Below are positions 15,966 through 25,030 of a DNA stretch of 64,000 nt, piece after piece. The notes below the pieces were generated by a model. That model made no database searches and was not told the origin of the DNA. It saw only the letters and a program-made list of their open reading frames with translations. Each line of letters begins with the position of its first letter. Position 1 is the first letter of the stretch. This DNA comes from Escherichia coli. GTDB lineage: Bacteria; Pseudomonadota; Gammaproteobacteria; Enterobacterales; Enterobacteriaceae. A program made the position numbers and the translations under genes. The DNA lies in assembly GCF_048403405.1 (NCBI RefSeq), contig NZ_CP183129.1; one strand, given 5' to 3'.

Positions 15966-16628
15966 ATGGCAAAAAGAACCAAAGCTGAAGCCCTGAAGAC
16001 CCGGCAAGAACTGATTGAAACTGCCATCGCCCAGTTTGCGCAGCATGGCGTAAGCAAGACGACGCTCAACGACATTGCCGACGCCGCTAACGTTACGCGT
16101 GGCGCTATCTACTGGCACTTCGAGAACAAGACCCAACTGTTTAATGAGATGTGGTTGCAACAGCCTTCATTGCGGGAGTTAATCCAGGATCACTTGACTG
16201 CTGGGTTAGAGCATGACCCGTTTCAGCAATTGCGTGAAAAATTGATTGTTGGCTTGCAATATATTGCCAAAATTCCCCGCCAGCAGGCGTTGCTGAAAAT
16301 CTTATATCACAAATGTGAATTTAATGATGAGATGCTGGCAGAGGGAGTGATACGCGAAAAGATGGGTTTTAATCCGCAGACTCTCCGCGAAGTATTGCAG
16401 GCATGTCAGCAACAAGGTTGTATAGCAAATAATCTCGATTTAGATGTTGTGATGATTATTATTGATGGTGCCTTCAGCGGAATTGTTCAAAACTGGTTAA
16501 TGAATATGGCGGGTTATGATCTTTATAAACAAGCACCCGCACTGGTCGATAACGTATTAAGAATGTTCATGCCAGATGAAAACATAACGAAATTAATTCA
16601 TCAAGCGAATGAATTAAGTGTCATATAA
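15966..16628 (+). CDS. acrS: TetR-family transcriptional repressor of acrEF (EnvR)
   Basis: 220 aa; N-terminal TetR HTH (TRQELIETAIAQFAQHGVSKTTLNDIADAANVTRGAIYWHFENK). Confidence 0.93.
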   Translation: MAKRTKAEALKTRQELIETAIAQFAQHGVSKTTLNDIADAANVTRGAIYWHFENKTQLFNEMWLQQPSLRELIQDHLTAGLEHDPFQQLREKLIVGLQYIAKIPRQQALLKILYHKCEFNDEMLAEGVIREKMGFNPQTLREVLQACQQQGCIANNLDLDVVMIIIDGAFSGIVQNWLMNMAGYDLYKQAPALVDNVLRMFMPDENITKLIHQANELSVI

Positions 16629-16630
16629 AT

Positions 16631-16810
16631 TCACATTCTGTCCTGAAAATCCAGTTCGTCACAGTTAACCAGTTTTAGTGGATTAACTGAGTTCATATTG
16701 CGGCATTTGTCTGTTTCTGTTGCCAGCAGTTCAATCCACTGCATCAGTAAAGTATCAAACAGAAAAACGAAGACAGCGAAAACGACGAGCCACCAATACT
16801 TGCGAATCAT
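16631..16810 (-). CDS. yhdU: Small inner-membrane protein
   Basis: 59 aa from MIRKYWWLVVFAVFVFLF...; the 68-aa ORF in the track has an N-terminal extension. Confidence 0.7.
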   Translation of the reverse strand: MIRKYWWLVVFAVFVFLFDTLLMQWIELLATETDKCRNMNSVNPLKLVNCDELDFQDRM

Positions 16811-16893
16811 TACCTGAGCCTGTGCATGTTTAACCAAGTCTGGCAGGAAATATACACGAAATGAATAATCTGAAAACCAGGCTTACACTTCCT

Positions 16894-17778
16894 TTACTTT
16901 GCAATGAGATCGGGGTCAACTTCGCTTAACCTGCTTCGTTTTGACAGGTTGCCGGTCTTTCTTTTTTTCACTTTCGCCAGTTCTTCCGCAGAGTAATGCG
17001 ACGTGACATCCAGCCGTCGAAGCCCCATTTTGATGTACTCGCTGTTGATCTCAATACCAATGAATTTTCGCCCGCTGGCGACGGCTACGGCACCGGTAGT
17101 AAAGCTACCGGCAAACGGGTCGAGAACGATATCGCCTGGGTTGGAAGAGGCGAGAATAATGCGTTTCAGTAAGGCTTCCGGTTTTTGCGTCGGGTGATTC
17201 TCATATTCATCCATTAAATAACGCACGCGCGGAAAATCCCAGACGTTACCCGGTACTTTTTGATGATTGTAAGGCTGTGGAGGATTTTTGCGATAATCGA
17301 TTAACGCACGCTGCGATCCGGTTTTGGCTTCTACCAGAATAGCATCACCGTTGAACGTGTAGTTCTTTGCGTCTTTCACCATCATCAGGATGGGTTCGTA
17401 CATGGAGCCGTAGTGTTTTTTCGCCTGCACTCCAGAACTGTCATATGACCAGACGATGCGACTTTTGATGGTAAAAAGCTTGCGGCACTGGAGATCGATA
17501 AAGGGCATGTTTTCCGTACTGTTCATGATGTACATGCTGCCCTGCTTTTTCAGAACGCGGTGGCACTCTGCAATCACTTCAAACAGCCAGTCGATAAACA
17601 GATCTTCTTTCCAGGCTTCGATCAGACCATCAAAATTTTTACCGATGTTATACGGTGGGTCGGCAAAGATCAGATCGACACTTTCGGCGGGGATCTTTTT
17701 AAGTTCGGTTAATGCATCACCCTGGATGATGGTCTTTGCTTCATTACCAAATCGGGTCGGTTCACATCCTGTTCTCAT
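16894..17778 (-). CDS. yhdJ: DNA adenine (N6) methyltransferase
   Basis: 294 aa from MRTGCEP; DPPY catalytic motif (IFADPPYNIG) and SAM-binding region; K-12 neighbour of fis. Confidence 0.92.
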   Translation of the reverse strand: MRTGCEPTRFGNEAKTIIQGDALTELKKIPAESVDLIFADPPYNIGKNFDGLIEAWKEDLFIDWLFEVIAECHRVLKKQGSMYIMNSTENMPFIDLQCRKLFTIKSRIVWSYDSSGVQAKKHYGSMYEPILMMVKDAKNYTFNGDAILVEAKTGSQRALIDYRKNPPQPYNHQKVPGNVWDFPRVRYLMDEYENHPTQKPEALLKRIILASSNPGDIVLDPFAGSFTTGAVAVASGRKFIGIEINSEYIKMGLRRLDVTSHYSAEELAKVKKRKTGNLSKRSRLSEVDPDLIAK

Positions 17779-17800
17779 GGTCACTCCCTTTGTGACACCT

Positions 17801-17880
17801 ATAAAAAAGGCGCTTCCCCATGCCGAGTAGCGCCTTTTTAATCAAGCATTTAGCTAACCTGAATTAGTTCATGCCGTATT
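17801..17880. repeat. attL: 80 bp direct repeat copy carrying a duplicate of the fis 3' end and terminator hairpin
   Basis: ataaaaaaggcgcttccccatgccgagtagcgcctttttaatcaagcatttagctaacctgaattagttcatgccgtatt, identical to 33086-33165. Confidence 0.9.
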
Positions 17881-18007
17881 ATCAAAACCTATGTTTCTTA
17901 CAGTTTGTCATGGTTCGTTAGTGTTTATATAACTTATTGAATAAAATGATTAATGTTGTTTCTTTAGTTTACCTTTGTTCATTTCTGTTCATAGGGTAAT
18001 ATTAAAG

Positions 18008-18029
18008 TGTGCAGTCAGTGGTGCAGTCA
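18008..18029 (+). repeat. Candidate integrase arm-type site (left copy); internal tandem GTGCAGTCAG x2
   Basis: tgtgcagtcagtggtgcagtca also present at 33059-33080; sits 27 bp upstream of the int start codon. Confidence 0.55.
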
Positions 18030-18055
18030 GTTTTCAATATGAATTAAGGTTTTCT

Positions 18056-19279
18056 ATGGCTGGAGGAACGAACAAATTAAGCGATACATCGTTGCGTAAG
18101 ATGCTGGGGAGGGAAATCGATAGAGATAGATTTTATGCTGACGGTGATGGATTGAGTATCAAGGTGTCAAAAATTGGCGTTCTTACTTGGTATTTCTCTT
18201 TCCGGATTGGTGGGCGTGAATCGTATTCACAGCGTGTTAAGCTTGGAAACTACCCGGATCTTTCTCTGAAAGCTGCGCGCGAGAAACGTGAACAGTGTCG
18301 AGCATGGCTTGCTGAAGGTAAAAATCCAAAGCATCGGTTAAATGTGGCAATACATGAAACACTCAAACCAGTGACGGTAAAAGAGGCTCTGGATTACTGG
18401 ATCAGAGAATACGCCGTTTACAAGCGCACGAATGTTGATAAACACATTGAGCAACTGAGGAAGCATATTTTCCCCTATATAGGTGATTATCCGTTATCAA
18501 TGTGCGAAACCCGGCATTGGCTGGAGTGTTTCGCTAGAGTAAGGAATGACGCTCCAGTGGCAGCTGGTTATTTGCTGCAGATGTGTAAGCAGGCTCTGAA
18601 GTTTTGCCGCGTACATCGTTATGCGGTTAGCAATGCTCTGGATGACCTGACTATCGATGATGTTGGTAGAAAACAGAATAAGCGCGATAGGGAACACAGC
18701 AGTCAAGAGTTAGCAGATATTTGGCAGGAATGTTCAGGTAAGAAATTTAAACCATACTATTCATCGTTGTTGCGTCTATTGGTGGTGTTTGGATGTCGAA
18801 CCCAGGAGCTTCGGTTGTCACGTATTACAGAGTGGGATTTAAAGGATTGGATCTGGACAGTGCCTAAAGAACACAGCAAAGGCGGAGAGAAGATATTGCG
18901 CCCTATTCCAGTGGTAATACGCCCATTCATCCAACAGCTTATAGAGCAACACAAAAACTCAGGTCTTTTGTTGGGTGAAATAAAGAAACCAGAAGCTGTC
19001 AGCCAATGGGGGAGGATGATATATAAGCGTCTGGGGCATATTGAATCGTGGACACTTCACGACCTGCGCAGGACGTTTGCTACCACACTAAATAACATGG
19101 GGGTTGCACCACATGTTGTTGAACAGCTTCTCGGTCACACATTAGGTGGTGTAATGGCCATATACAATCGTAGCCAGTACTTACCAGAAAAACTAGACGC
19201 TCTAAATAAATGGATGGAACGGCTTGAGGTTATTTCTGGTCAGTATTCAAATGTAAAAATATTGAAGGTAGCGAAATGA
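18056..19279 (+). CDS. int: Tyrosine integrase (P4-like, N-terminal arm-binding domain)
   Basis: 407 aa from MAGGTNKLSD with RBS aagg; C-terminal catalytic residues in HDLRRTFAT and GHTLGGVMAIYNRSQY. Confidence 0.9.
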   Translation: MAGGTNKLSDTSLRKMLGREIDRDRFYADGDGLSIKVSKIGVLTWYFSFRIGGRESYSQRVKLGNYPDLSLKAAREKREQCRAWLAEGKNPKHRLNVAIHETLKPVTVKEALDYWIREYAVYKRTNVDKHIEQLRKHIFPYIGDYPLSMCETRHWLECFARVRNDAPVAAGYLLQMCKQALKFCRVHRYAVSNALDDLTIDDVGRKQNKRDREHSSQELADIWQECSGKKFKPYYSSLLRLLVVFGCRTQELRLSRITEWDLKDWIWTVPKEHSKGGEKILRPIPVVIRPFIQQLIEQHKNSGLLLGEIKKPEAVSQWGRMIYKRLGHIESWTLHDLRRTFATTLNNMGVAPHVVEQLLGHTLGGVMAIYNRSQYLPEKLDALNKWMERLEVISGQYSNVKILKVAK

Positions 19280-20013
19280 AAAAGATAAGCATCCCTGAGC
19301 GTATATATTATCCATTGCCTGAAGCAGCAAAGAAGCTGGGATGTACGCTTAATGATATATATCATTTTGCTGCTATAGGTGCTTTGAATATTTCTGTTTA
19401 TTTTCCAAACTGTCATCCATGTAAATCGCTAGTTATACCAAAATCATTAGTTGAAAATATTGATGTTGATTCAGGTGGGATGTTGCAAGGGGATCGCTGG
19501 GTAATTACAGGGATGAAGCCTGTTGGTAGCGATTTTGAATGGGTAAATTATTTTGGTGTGGCTTCTTATCTTGCAAAGAATTTTTGCGGTTTCTTCTATC
19601 TAAATCGGGAAAGTTTTTCTGAACTTGAATTTATTGGCAATGATGCAAGGATAGTATCATCTTTTTTTTCAACTCGTCCTGAATCAGAAAACTGGGAATG
19701 TCAAATTATGAGTGATGGGGCTATTGAGATCGACAGAAGGTTTTTATGTGTAATGGCTAAGGATTTGGAGCATATCAAAGATGTTGGAACCATGCCTGGA
19801 AGAAAAATGGGAGAATCGCCAAAAACTCTTGCGAAGAAAGCTGAGTTGATCCCTGCATTAATCAAACTAATTCCAGAAATGGATGATATAGATATTGGAA
19901 CTGCTCCAGTTGCTAAAGTGATCGCTGTTTTAGAGGCTGCGGCAGCGATGAAAGGGGTGTTTCTTCCCGCAACAGATAAGAATACGTGGGCTAAATACTT
20001 AGGGCGAACGTGA
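19276..20013 (+). CDS. Hypothetical accessory protein, AT-rich, between int and alpA
   Basis: 245 aa ORF whose start overlaps the int stop (ATGA); no motif I recognise; Ala-rich C-terminus. Confidence 0.55.
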   Translation: MKKISIPERIYYPLPEAAKKLGCTLNDIYHFAAIGALNISVYFPNCHPCKSLVIPKSLVENIDVDSGGMLQGDRWVITGMKPVGSDFEWVNYFGVASYLAKNFCGFFYLNRESFSELEFIGNDARIVSSFFSTRPESENWECQIMSDGAIEIDRRFLCVMAKDLEHIKDVGTMPGRKMGESPKTLAKKAELIPALIKLIPEMDDIDIGTAPVAKVIAVLEAAAAMKGVFLPATDKNTWAKYLGRT

Positions 20014-20102
20014 TATCACATATAAAATATGTGATATCACCTAAATATTCTAAGCATATTATCAATATGCTCTCGAACGATAATAAACGAGGGCATATCC
20101 AT

Positions 20103-20324
20103 ATGAGCAAAGTTAAATCATCGCAAGACCAATTTGATCGCATCATTCGTGAGGAGGAATGCCGACGCCTTACCGGTATTTGCCGAACGACGCGTTATAT
20201 GATGGAAAGGAAAGGGGTGTTTCCAGCCCGTCGTCAGTTGGGGGCTCGTTCTGTCGGTTGGTTGCTGTCTGAGGTTAATGATTGGCTTGAACGTCAACCC
20301 AAAGCACAACTGAAATCGGCGTAA
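20103..20324 (+). CDS. alpA: AlpA-family transcriptional regulator (excisionase-like HTH)
   Basis: 73 aa from MSKVKSSQDQ with RBS gaggg; RLTGICRTTRYMMERKGVFPARRQLGARSVGWLLSEVNDWL matches the AlpA family pattern. Confidence 0.8.
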   Translation: MSKVKSSQDQFDRIIREEECRRLTGICRTTRYMMERKGVFPARRQLGARSVGWLLSEVNDWLERQPKAQLKSA

Positions 20325-20673
20325 GGTGAGTTATGGTATATAAAACAAAGGCGACCGGGGGCGGTCGCCAATGGATACACACTAAACTTGAACGCATCAC
20401 CAACAATGCCACATTTGCGGCTGGTGGGCAATGTGATCAGTCAGATTTGGTTCGTTCCAAGGTTTGCAACGAGAGCTTTTTCCTGTGCTCTTTAAGGAAT
20501 TTCTCAAGAGCAAACGAACAAGGTGCGAATCTTTCTGATTCATGTTCATGCGCTATATTTTTGCGTCGTCTCTTACGAGTTGGTGATGGTGTTTTGGTTG
20601 ATTCTGTGTCGCTCATGGTGCTGTCCTGTAAAGCAATGCGCCTGCGTTCCTCAAACTATGGCGCTGATAGTGG

Positions 20674-20979
20674 CTATTCCTGCCCTTTGACCTTGCGTCG
20701 CTGGAGTTCTTCACGCGCGACGGTGACGAGTTGCCCGATCTCCTCGGCGGCTTTGACTCCGATTTTTTCAACCTGCGCTAGGGCATCGAGCGAAGAAACC
20801 AGGAGGTTTTCTCCGCTTCCTTCTGCCTGGCGGCGGGCGATTTCACCGCGCATGGCGGTTACTATGAATCCGGCGTTGCTTTCACCGTCCAGTTTTACGG
20901 ATTCCATGCCTTCAATAACATCATGCGGGATCCGAGCTGTCAGTGATTGTGATTTTGCGTTTTTTGAACCTGTAGCCAT
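20674..20979 (-). CDS. Putative small DNA-binding regulator, possibly ribbon-helix-helix
   Basis: 101 aa from MATGSKNAKS with strong RBS gagga; LTARIPHDVIEGMESVKLD resembles an RHH strand-helix; divergent from the downstream module. Confidence 0.5.
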   Translation of the reverse strand: MATGSKNAKSQSLTARIPHDVIEGMESVKLDGESNAGFIVTAMRGEIARRQAEGSGENLLVSSLDALAQVEKIGVKAAEEIGQLVTVAREELQRRKVKGQE

Positions 20980-20994
20980 CTGTAATCCTCTCAA

Positions 20995-21175
20995 TGAAAG
21001 TGTAAGACAATATACACATAAAAAGTCTTACATAAAAGCATTGACATGTAAGCCACCTATAAATAAAGTTACTTACACCTTGTTAATGCAAGGTGCAGAA
21101 ACGACGAAACCCCGCACTGTAGGAGCAGTAACGGGGCTTCTAACCACCAACGATAGCAAGATTATCGAGGCAGCT
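20995..21175. promoter_or_regulatory. Divergent promoter region with an array of TGTAAG/CTTACA half-sites
   Basis: TGTAAG at 21001 and 21047, CTTACA at 21027 and 21072, forming two inverted-repeat pairs; TTGACA at 21041. Confidence 0.45.
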
Positions 21176-21379
21176 ATGAGAAATCATACCATACACCCGC
21201 AAGGGCGGGACTCGTACAACCTGAATAAATACATCTGGCGTTTTATCGCCCTGAGCACCGCACAACCGCGCGTGATTCACATCGTGGCCACCAGCGAACA
21301 GGAAGCACGCCAGCAATCCCCGGCTGGCTGCGTGATGGTATTCGCCGCCCGCATTCGTCAGGGGGGGTGCCATGCCTGA
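21176..21379 (+). CDS. Small hypothetical protein (67 aa)
   Basis: ATG at 21176 preceded by RBS gagg; retained portion of the 348-aa track ORF, which is otherwise antisense to the regulator gene. Confidence 0.4.
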   Translation: MRNHTIHPQGRDSYNLNKYIWRFIALSTAQPRVIHIVATSEQEARQQSPAGCVMVFAARIRQGGCHA

Positions 21380-21692
21380 TATGTCAAATTACCAGTACCT
21401 GATTAATCCGCATTTTAACTGTGAGCATGATATTGCTAAAAAGGTTTATTCCGCTGCGGATGGGGCTACTGACAATATATCAATGGCTGTTGCGTCAATT
21501 GGTAGCCTGATGTGGCATGCGTCAGAAAATGAGGAATATGACGCAAAGGCCATGCGCATTGATATGGGTAATATCGGTTTGTTACTGGCAATGCTTGGAC
21601 ATTTTGATATTTCGTTACGGTGCACCATTGAAAATGCCACAGATGCATTAAATGCCATAAAGAAAGCGAATACTGATTCAAATCGGGGATAA
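21372..21692 (+). CDS. Hypothetical protein (106 aa)
   Basis: ORF in the replication module, co-directional with primase; no recognisable motif. Confidence 0.5.
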   Translation: MPDMSNYQYLINPHFNCEHDIAKKVYSAADGATDNISMAVASIGSLMWHASENEEYDAKAMRIDMGNIGLLLAMLGHFDISLRCTIENATDALNAIKKANTDSNRG

Positions 21693-21698
21693 ATAATC

Positions 21699-21998
21699 AT
21701 GAGAACATATTTATCTGGCTTGACTGCCAGCGGTTATGCACACCCTAAAATTATCCCCGGCGCTATTTATCTGGATAAGAACGGTAACAGAGTAACGGTA
21801 AAAGAACTGATGTTTGACCGTGTTTATTTTATTCGTGATGGCTATTCATTTCATAGTTCGCTGAACGTGGAGATCTTTATTTGCAGATTCCGGCGGGAAA
21901 TCCCGCTTTCCAGAAATAACCATGTGTCATGTATGGATGTTGATAAAAAACTACAGGAACTGAAAAACATGATTGCCGCGTGGAGAGAGCAGAAATGA
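21699..21998 (+). CDS. Hypothetical protein (99 aa)
   Basis: ORF whose stop overlaps the primase start (ATGA coupling). Confidence 0.5.
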   Translation: MRTYLSGLTASGYAHPKIIPGAIYLDKNGNRVTVKELMFDRVYFIRDGYSFHSSLNVEIFICRFRREIPLSRNNHVSCMDVDKKLQELKNMIAAWREQK

Positions 21999-23812
21999 AA
22001 AAAGCGCCAAATTTAAAACACCAGCCGCGTGACAAAATGACGGAAGTCATCATTTTTGCGGGTAGTGATGCGTGGGCACATGCGAAGCAGTGGCAGGAAC
22101 AGGACGGGCGACTGGCAGGCGATAACGTGCCACCTGTCTGGCTTGGAGAGCAACAACTTGCCGAACTGGACAACCTGCAAATTGTACCGGACGGACGCTA
22201 TCGCGTGCGTCTCTATCAGGCGGGGTTATTGCGTCCGGGGCTTGTTAATACCATCGGGCAGAAACTGGCAGCGGCAGGTGTCAGGGATGCTGATTATTAC
22301 CCTGAAGGAATGCACAGCCAGAAACGGGAGAACTGGCGCGAATATCTGGAACGTGAGCGGGGAGAGCTGGCGGAAAAGAAAAAGGTAGTTGAACTGCCTG
22401 TAAAGAAAAAAGAGCGGGTAAAAGACGATAACGCTTCATCACTGGCGCTTAACCAGATGGGAGCAAGTCAACGCGGCGAAGTTCTCCTGGCACATTATGG
22501 CGGTGAACTGGCGATTCATGCCGACTCTGACACTGTTCACCATTACAACGGCGTTGTATGGGAGCCAGTACAGGATAAAGAATTACAGCGAGCTATGGCG
22601 CAGATTTTCATTGATGCGGAGATCAGCTATTCGCAGAACGCCATTAAATCGGCGGTCGATACCATGAAGTTAAGTTTGCCTGTAATGGGGAATACAGCCC
22701 GTAACCTGATTGGATTCAGTAACGGGGTATTTGATACCAGAACAGGTAATTTTCGGGAGCATAACAAAAACGACTGGTTGTTAATTGCCAGTGAATTACC
22801 TTTCAGCCCACCAGCAGAGGGGGAAACGCTGGCAACACATGCGCCGAATTTCTGGAAGTGGTTACGCCGTTCGGTGGCTGAGAATGACCGCAAGGCGGAT
22901 CGCGTACTGGCGGCATTATTCATGGTGCTGGCGAACCGGTACGACTGGCAGTTATTCATTGAGGTAACAGGTCCAGGGGGAAGTGGTAAAAGCGTGATGG
23001 CGGAGATTTGCACCATGCTGGCGGGTAAGGCTAATACAGTATCAGCAAGCATGAAGGCGCTGGAAGATGCAAGGGAACGTGCGTTAGTGGTTGGCTTTTC
23101 TCTGATTATCATGCCGGATATGACCCGCTACGCTGGTGATGGGGCAGGGATTAAGGCCATTACAGGCGGTGACAAGGTGGCAATTGACCCGAAACACAAA
23201 GCTCCCTACTCAACGCGTATTCCGGCAGTAGTGCTGGCGGTTAACAATAACGCCATGTCATTCAGTGACCGCAGCGGGGGGATCTCACGTCGTCGGGTGA
23301 TATTCAATTTTTCGGAAGTTGTACCGGAGAACGAACGTGATCCGATGCTGGCGGAAAAAATAGAAGGTGAGCTGGCGGTAGTGATTCGCCATCTGCTTAC
23401 ACGGTTTGCTAACCAGGACGAAGCCAGACGCCTGTTATATGAGCAGCAGAAATCTGAAGAAGCACTGGCGATAAAGCGAGAGGGGGATTCGCTGGTGGAC
23501 TTCTGCGGCTATCTCATGGCGTCGGTAATGTGTGATGGCCTGTTAGTGGGTAATGCTGAAATTGTGCCATTCAGCCCGCGCAGATATCTCTATCATGCCT
23601 ATCTGGCTTATATGAGGGCACATGGGTTTGGTAAACCTGTAACACTGACGCGCTTCGGTAAAGATATGCCGGGGGCAATGGCGGAATATGGCAGGGAGTA
23701 TATGAAACGGAAAACGAAGCACGGTTTGCGTTCAAACGTGACACTGACGGAGGAATCAGAAGACTGGATGCCATCATGTGTATCGGTCACTAATGACGAT
23801 AGCAAAAATTAA
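21995..23812 (+). CDS. Primase-helicase of the phage/plasmid P4-alpha type (PICI pri-rep)
   Basis: About 605 aa; Walker A GPGGSGKS in the C-terminal half; followed directly by the iteron array. Confidence 0.8.
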   Translation: MKKAPNLKHQPRDKMTEVIIFAGSDAWAHAKQWQEQDGRLAGDNVPPVWLGEQQLAELDNLQIVPDGRYRVRLYQAGLLRPGLVNTIGQKLAAAGVRDADYYPEGMHSQKRENWREYLERERGELAEKKKVVELPVKKKERVKDDNASSLALNQMGASQRGEVLLAHYGGELAIHADSDTVHHYNGVVWEPVQDKELQRAMAQIFIDAEISYSQNAIKSAVDTMKLSLPVMGNTARNLIGFSNGVFDTRTGNFREHNKNDWLLIASELPFSPPAEGETLATHAPNFWKWLRRSVAENDRKADRVLAALFMVLANRYDWQLFIEVTGPGGSGKSVMAEICTMLAGKANTVSASMKALEDARERALVVGFSLIIMPDMTRYAGDGAGIKAITGGDKVAIDPKHKAPYSTRIPAVVLAVNNNAMSFSDRSGGISRRRVIFNFSEVVPENERDPMLAEKIEGELAVVIRHLLTRFANQDEARRLLYEQQKSEEALAIKREGDSLVDFCGYLMASVMCDGLLVGNAEIVPFSPRRYLYHAYLAYMRAHGFGKPVTLTRFGKDMPGAMAEYGREYMKRKTKHGLRSNVTLTEESEDWMPSCVSVTNDDSKN

Positions 23813-23824
23813 ACTTATGGAATA

Positions 23825-24049
23825 ACTGTTCACCACTGTTCACCCTGTCATAAATATCTTTTATATCAGTATATTATAGGGTTAACAGTTATTTATGAAC
23901 TGTTCACCAAACTATTCACTGTTCACCTTTTTGATTGTTTATTGAGCTTCAAGGGTGAACAGTGGTGAACAGTTGGTGAATAGTTTTTGTGAAACTGTTC
24001 ACCCCTTAACCTTATGAATTAAAAGATAAAATATCAAAAGGTGAACAGG
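23825..24049. repeat. Candidate origin of replication: array of about 9 ACTGTTCACC / GGTGAACAGT iterons with AT-rich spacers
   Basis: Direct copies at 23825, 23835, 23899, 23918, 23994; inverted copies at 23954, 23964, 24040; degenerate copies at 23909 and 23975; immediately 3' of the primase gene. Confidence 0.75.
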
Positions 24050-24196
24050 TGAAGGGTTAAAACGCAAAAATTTTAATTTACTGCTGTGAGATAAAGACTA
24101 TGACAGTAAAGCACACAAAAACACGCGCTTGATTTGACCGAATACTGGTTAAAAATGACTACAAATTAGATAAATTAGATAAAATAGGAAGAAATA

Positions 24197-24457
24197 ATGC
24201 CGATTCTGACGCATGAAATAAACAATTATTTTGATCAATTCGGACTTCATGATATTGCTTCAATGCCTACCACTCAGTACCGTCAGGCCCTTGCAAATGG
24301 TGGTTTACTGTGGATTGATCATCATGATTTTATTCGTAGCACGCTATCAGATGAAATCCTTGCAACAAATCAAGAGCAGGTTAATGTTTTGATTGAGCAT
24401 TTGCAGGTTTTAAGGAAAAAAATGCCACTACCTCCTAATTGGATGAGTGAGAAATGA
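24197..24457 (+). CDS. Hypothetical protein (86 aa)
   Basis: ATG at 24197 with RBS aggaag; convergent with the two-gene operon. Confidence 0.55.
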   Translation: MPILTHEINNYFDQFGLHDIASMPTTQYRQALANGGLLWIDHHDFIRSTLSDEILATNQEQVNVLIEHLQVLRKKMPLPPNWMSEK

Positions 24458-24459
24458 AT

Positions 24460-24490
24460 TATATGGCCTGGCTCTTTGCCAGGCCATATA
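24460..24490. terminator. Bidirectional terminator: perfect 13 bp inverted repeat between convergent stop codons
   Basis: tatatggcctggc-tctttg-ccaggccatata located exactly between the stops at 24455-24457 (+) and 24492-24494 (-). Confidence 0.75.
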
Positions 24491-24491
24491 C

Positions 24492-25001
24492 TCAAAGCAT
24501 TGTTAACAAGGCGGACGCACCAGCACCAACGAGACTGGCTACCGTACTATTATTTAGTAAATCCTTAAGCAAATTTTTTGCCTGAGGATCTTGTGATTGA
24601 GAAACTTTTTCAACAAGTTCAGTTATGCTGAGATTTACAATAAGATTGTTATGCTCACCGAGTTGAACCTGTGTACCGGATATGTTACCAATGTTAAATG
24701 TATTTTGGCTAGATTGTTTTGGTTTATGTTCATTAGCAGTCAGATTCTCGACTTTTAATGTAAGCATGTGAGGGTGATTAGTACCAACATTGAGTGTACC
24801 TCCTGGTAAAAATGACATATCAATTACTTTTAATATTATTTCCCCCTTCCCTAGTTTTTGAGTGATTTCATCTCCAATATTAATATCTGGTTCTTCAGTA
24901 TAAGGGATTAGCACTTTTTTTTCAGCTGAGTTTCTTTTCCCCTTGTATTCAACTCCTGCGATTGTGAATTTTTCTGGATATGCCATGACGTTAAGATCCA
25001 T
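24492..25001 (-). CDS. Candidate system gene B: 169-aa protein with hydrophobic Gly/Ala-rich C-terminal tail
   Basis: ATG (rc of 24999-25001) with RBS gaggag 7 nt upstream; 27 bp after gene A; C-terminus STVASLVGAGASALLTML; shares a C-terminal module with gene A. Confidence 0.7.
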   Translation of the reverse strand: MDLNVMAYPEKFTIAGVEYKGKRNSAEKKVLIPYTEEPDINIGDEITQKLGKGEIILKVIDMSFLPGGTLNVGTNHPHMLTLKVENLTANEHKPKQSSQNTFNIGNISGTQVQLGEHNNLIVNLSITELVEKVSQSQDPQAKNLLKDLLNNSTVASLVGAGASALLTML

Positions 25002-25030
25002 TATGTTGCTCCTCGTGATCGCTTTTGCGT

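Noticed and set aside
20333-21379. 348-aa plus-strand ORF spanning the alpA-downstream region
   Set aside because: Runs antisense through the well-supported 101-aa regulator gene and across the divergent promoter region; only the 3' 67-codon segment with its own RBS was kept as a tentative gene
23825-24049. Short repeats considered as a possible CRISPR array
   Set aside because: Repeat unit is only 10 bp, occurs in both orientations with irregular spacing, and sits directly after a primase gene; these are replication iterons, and no cas genes are present
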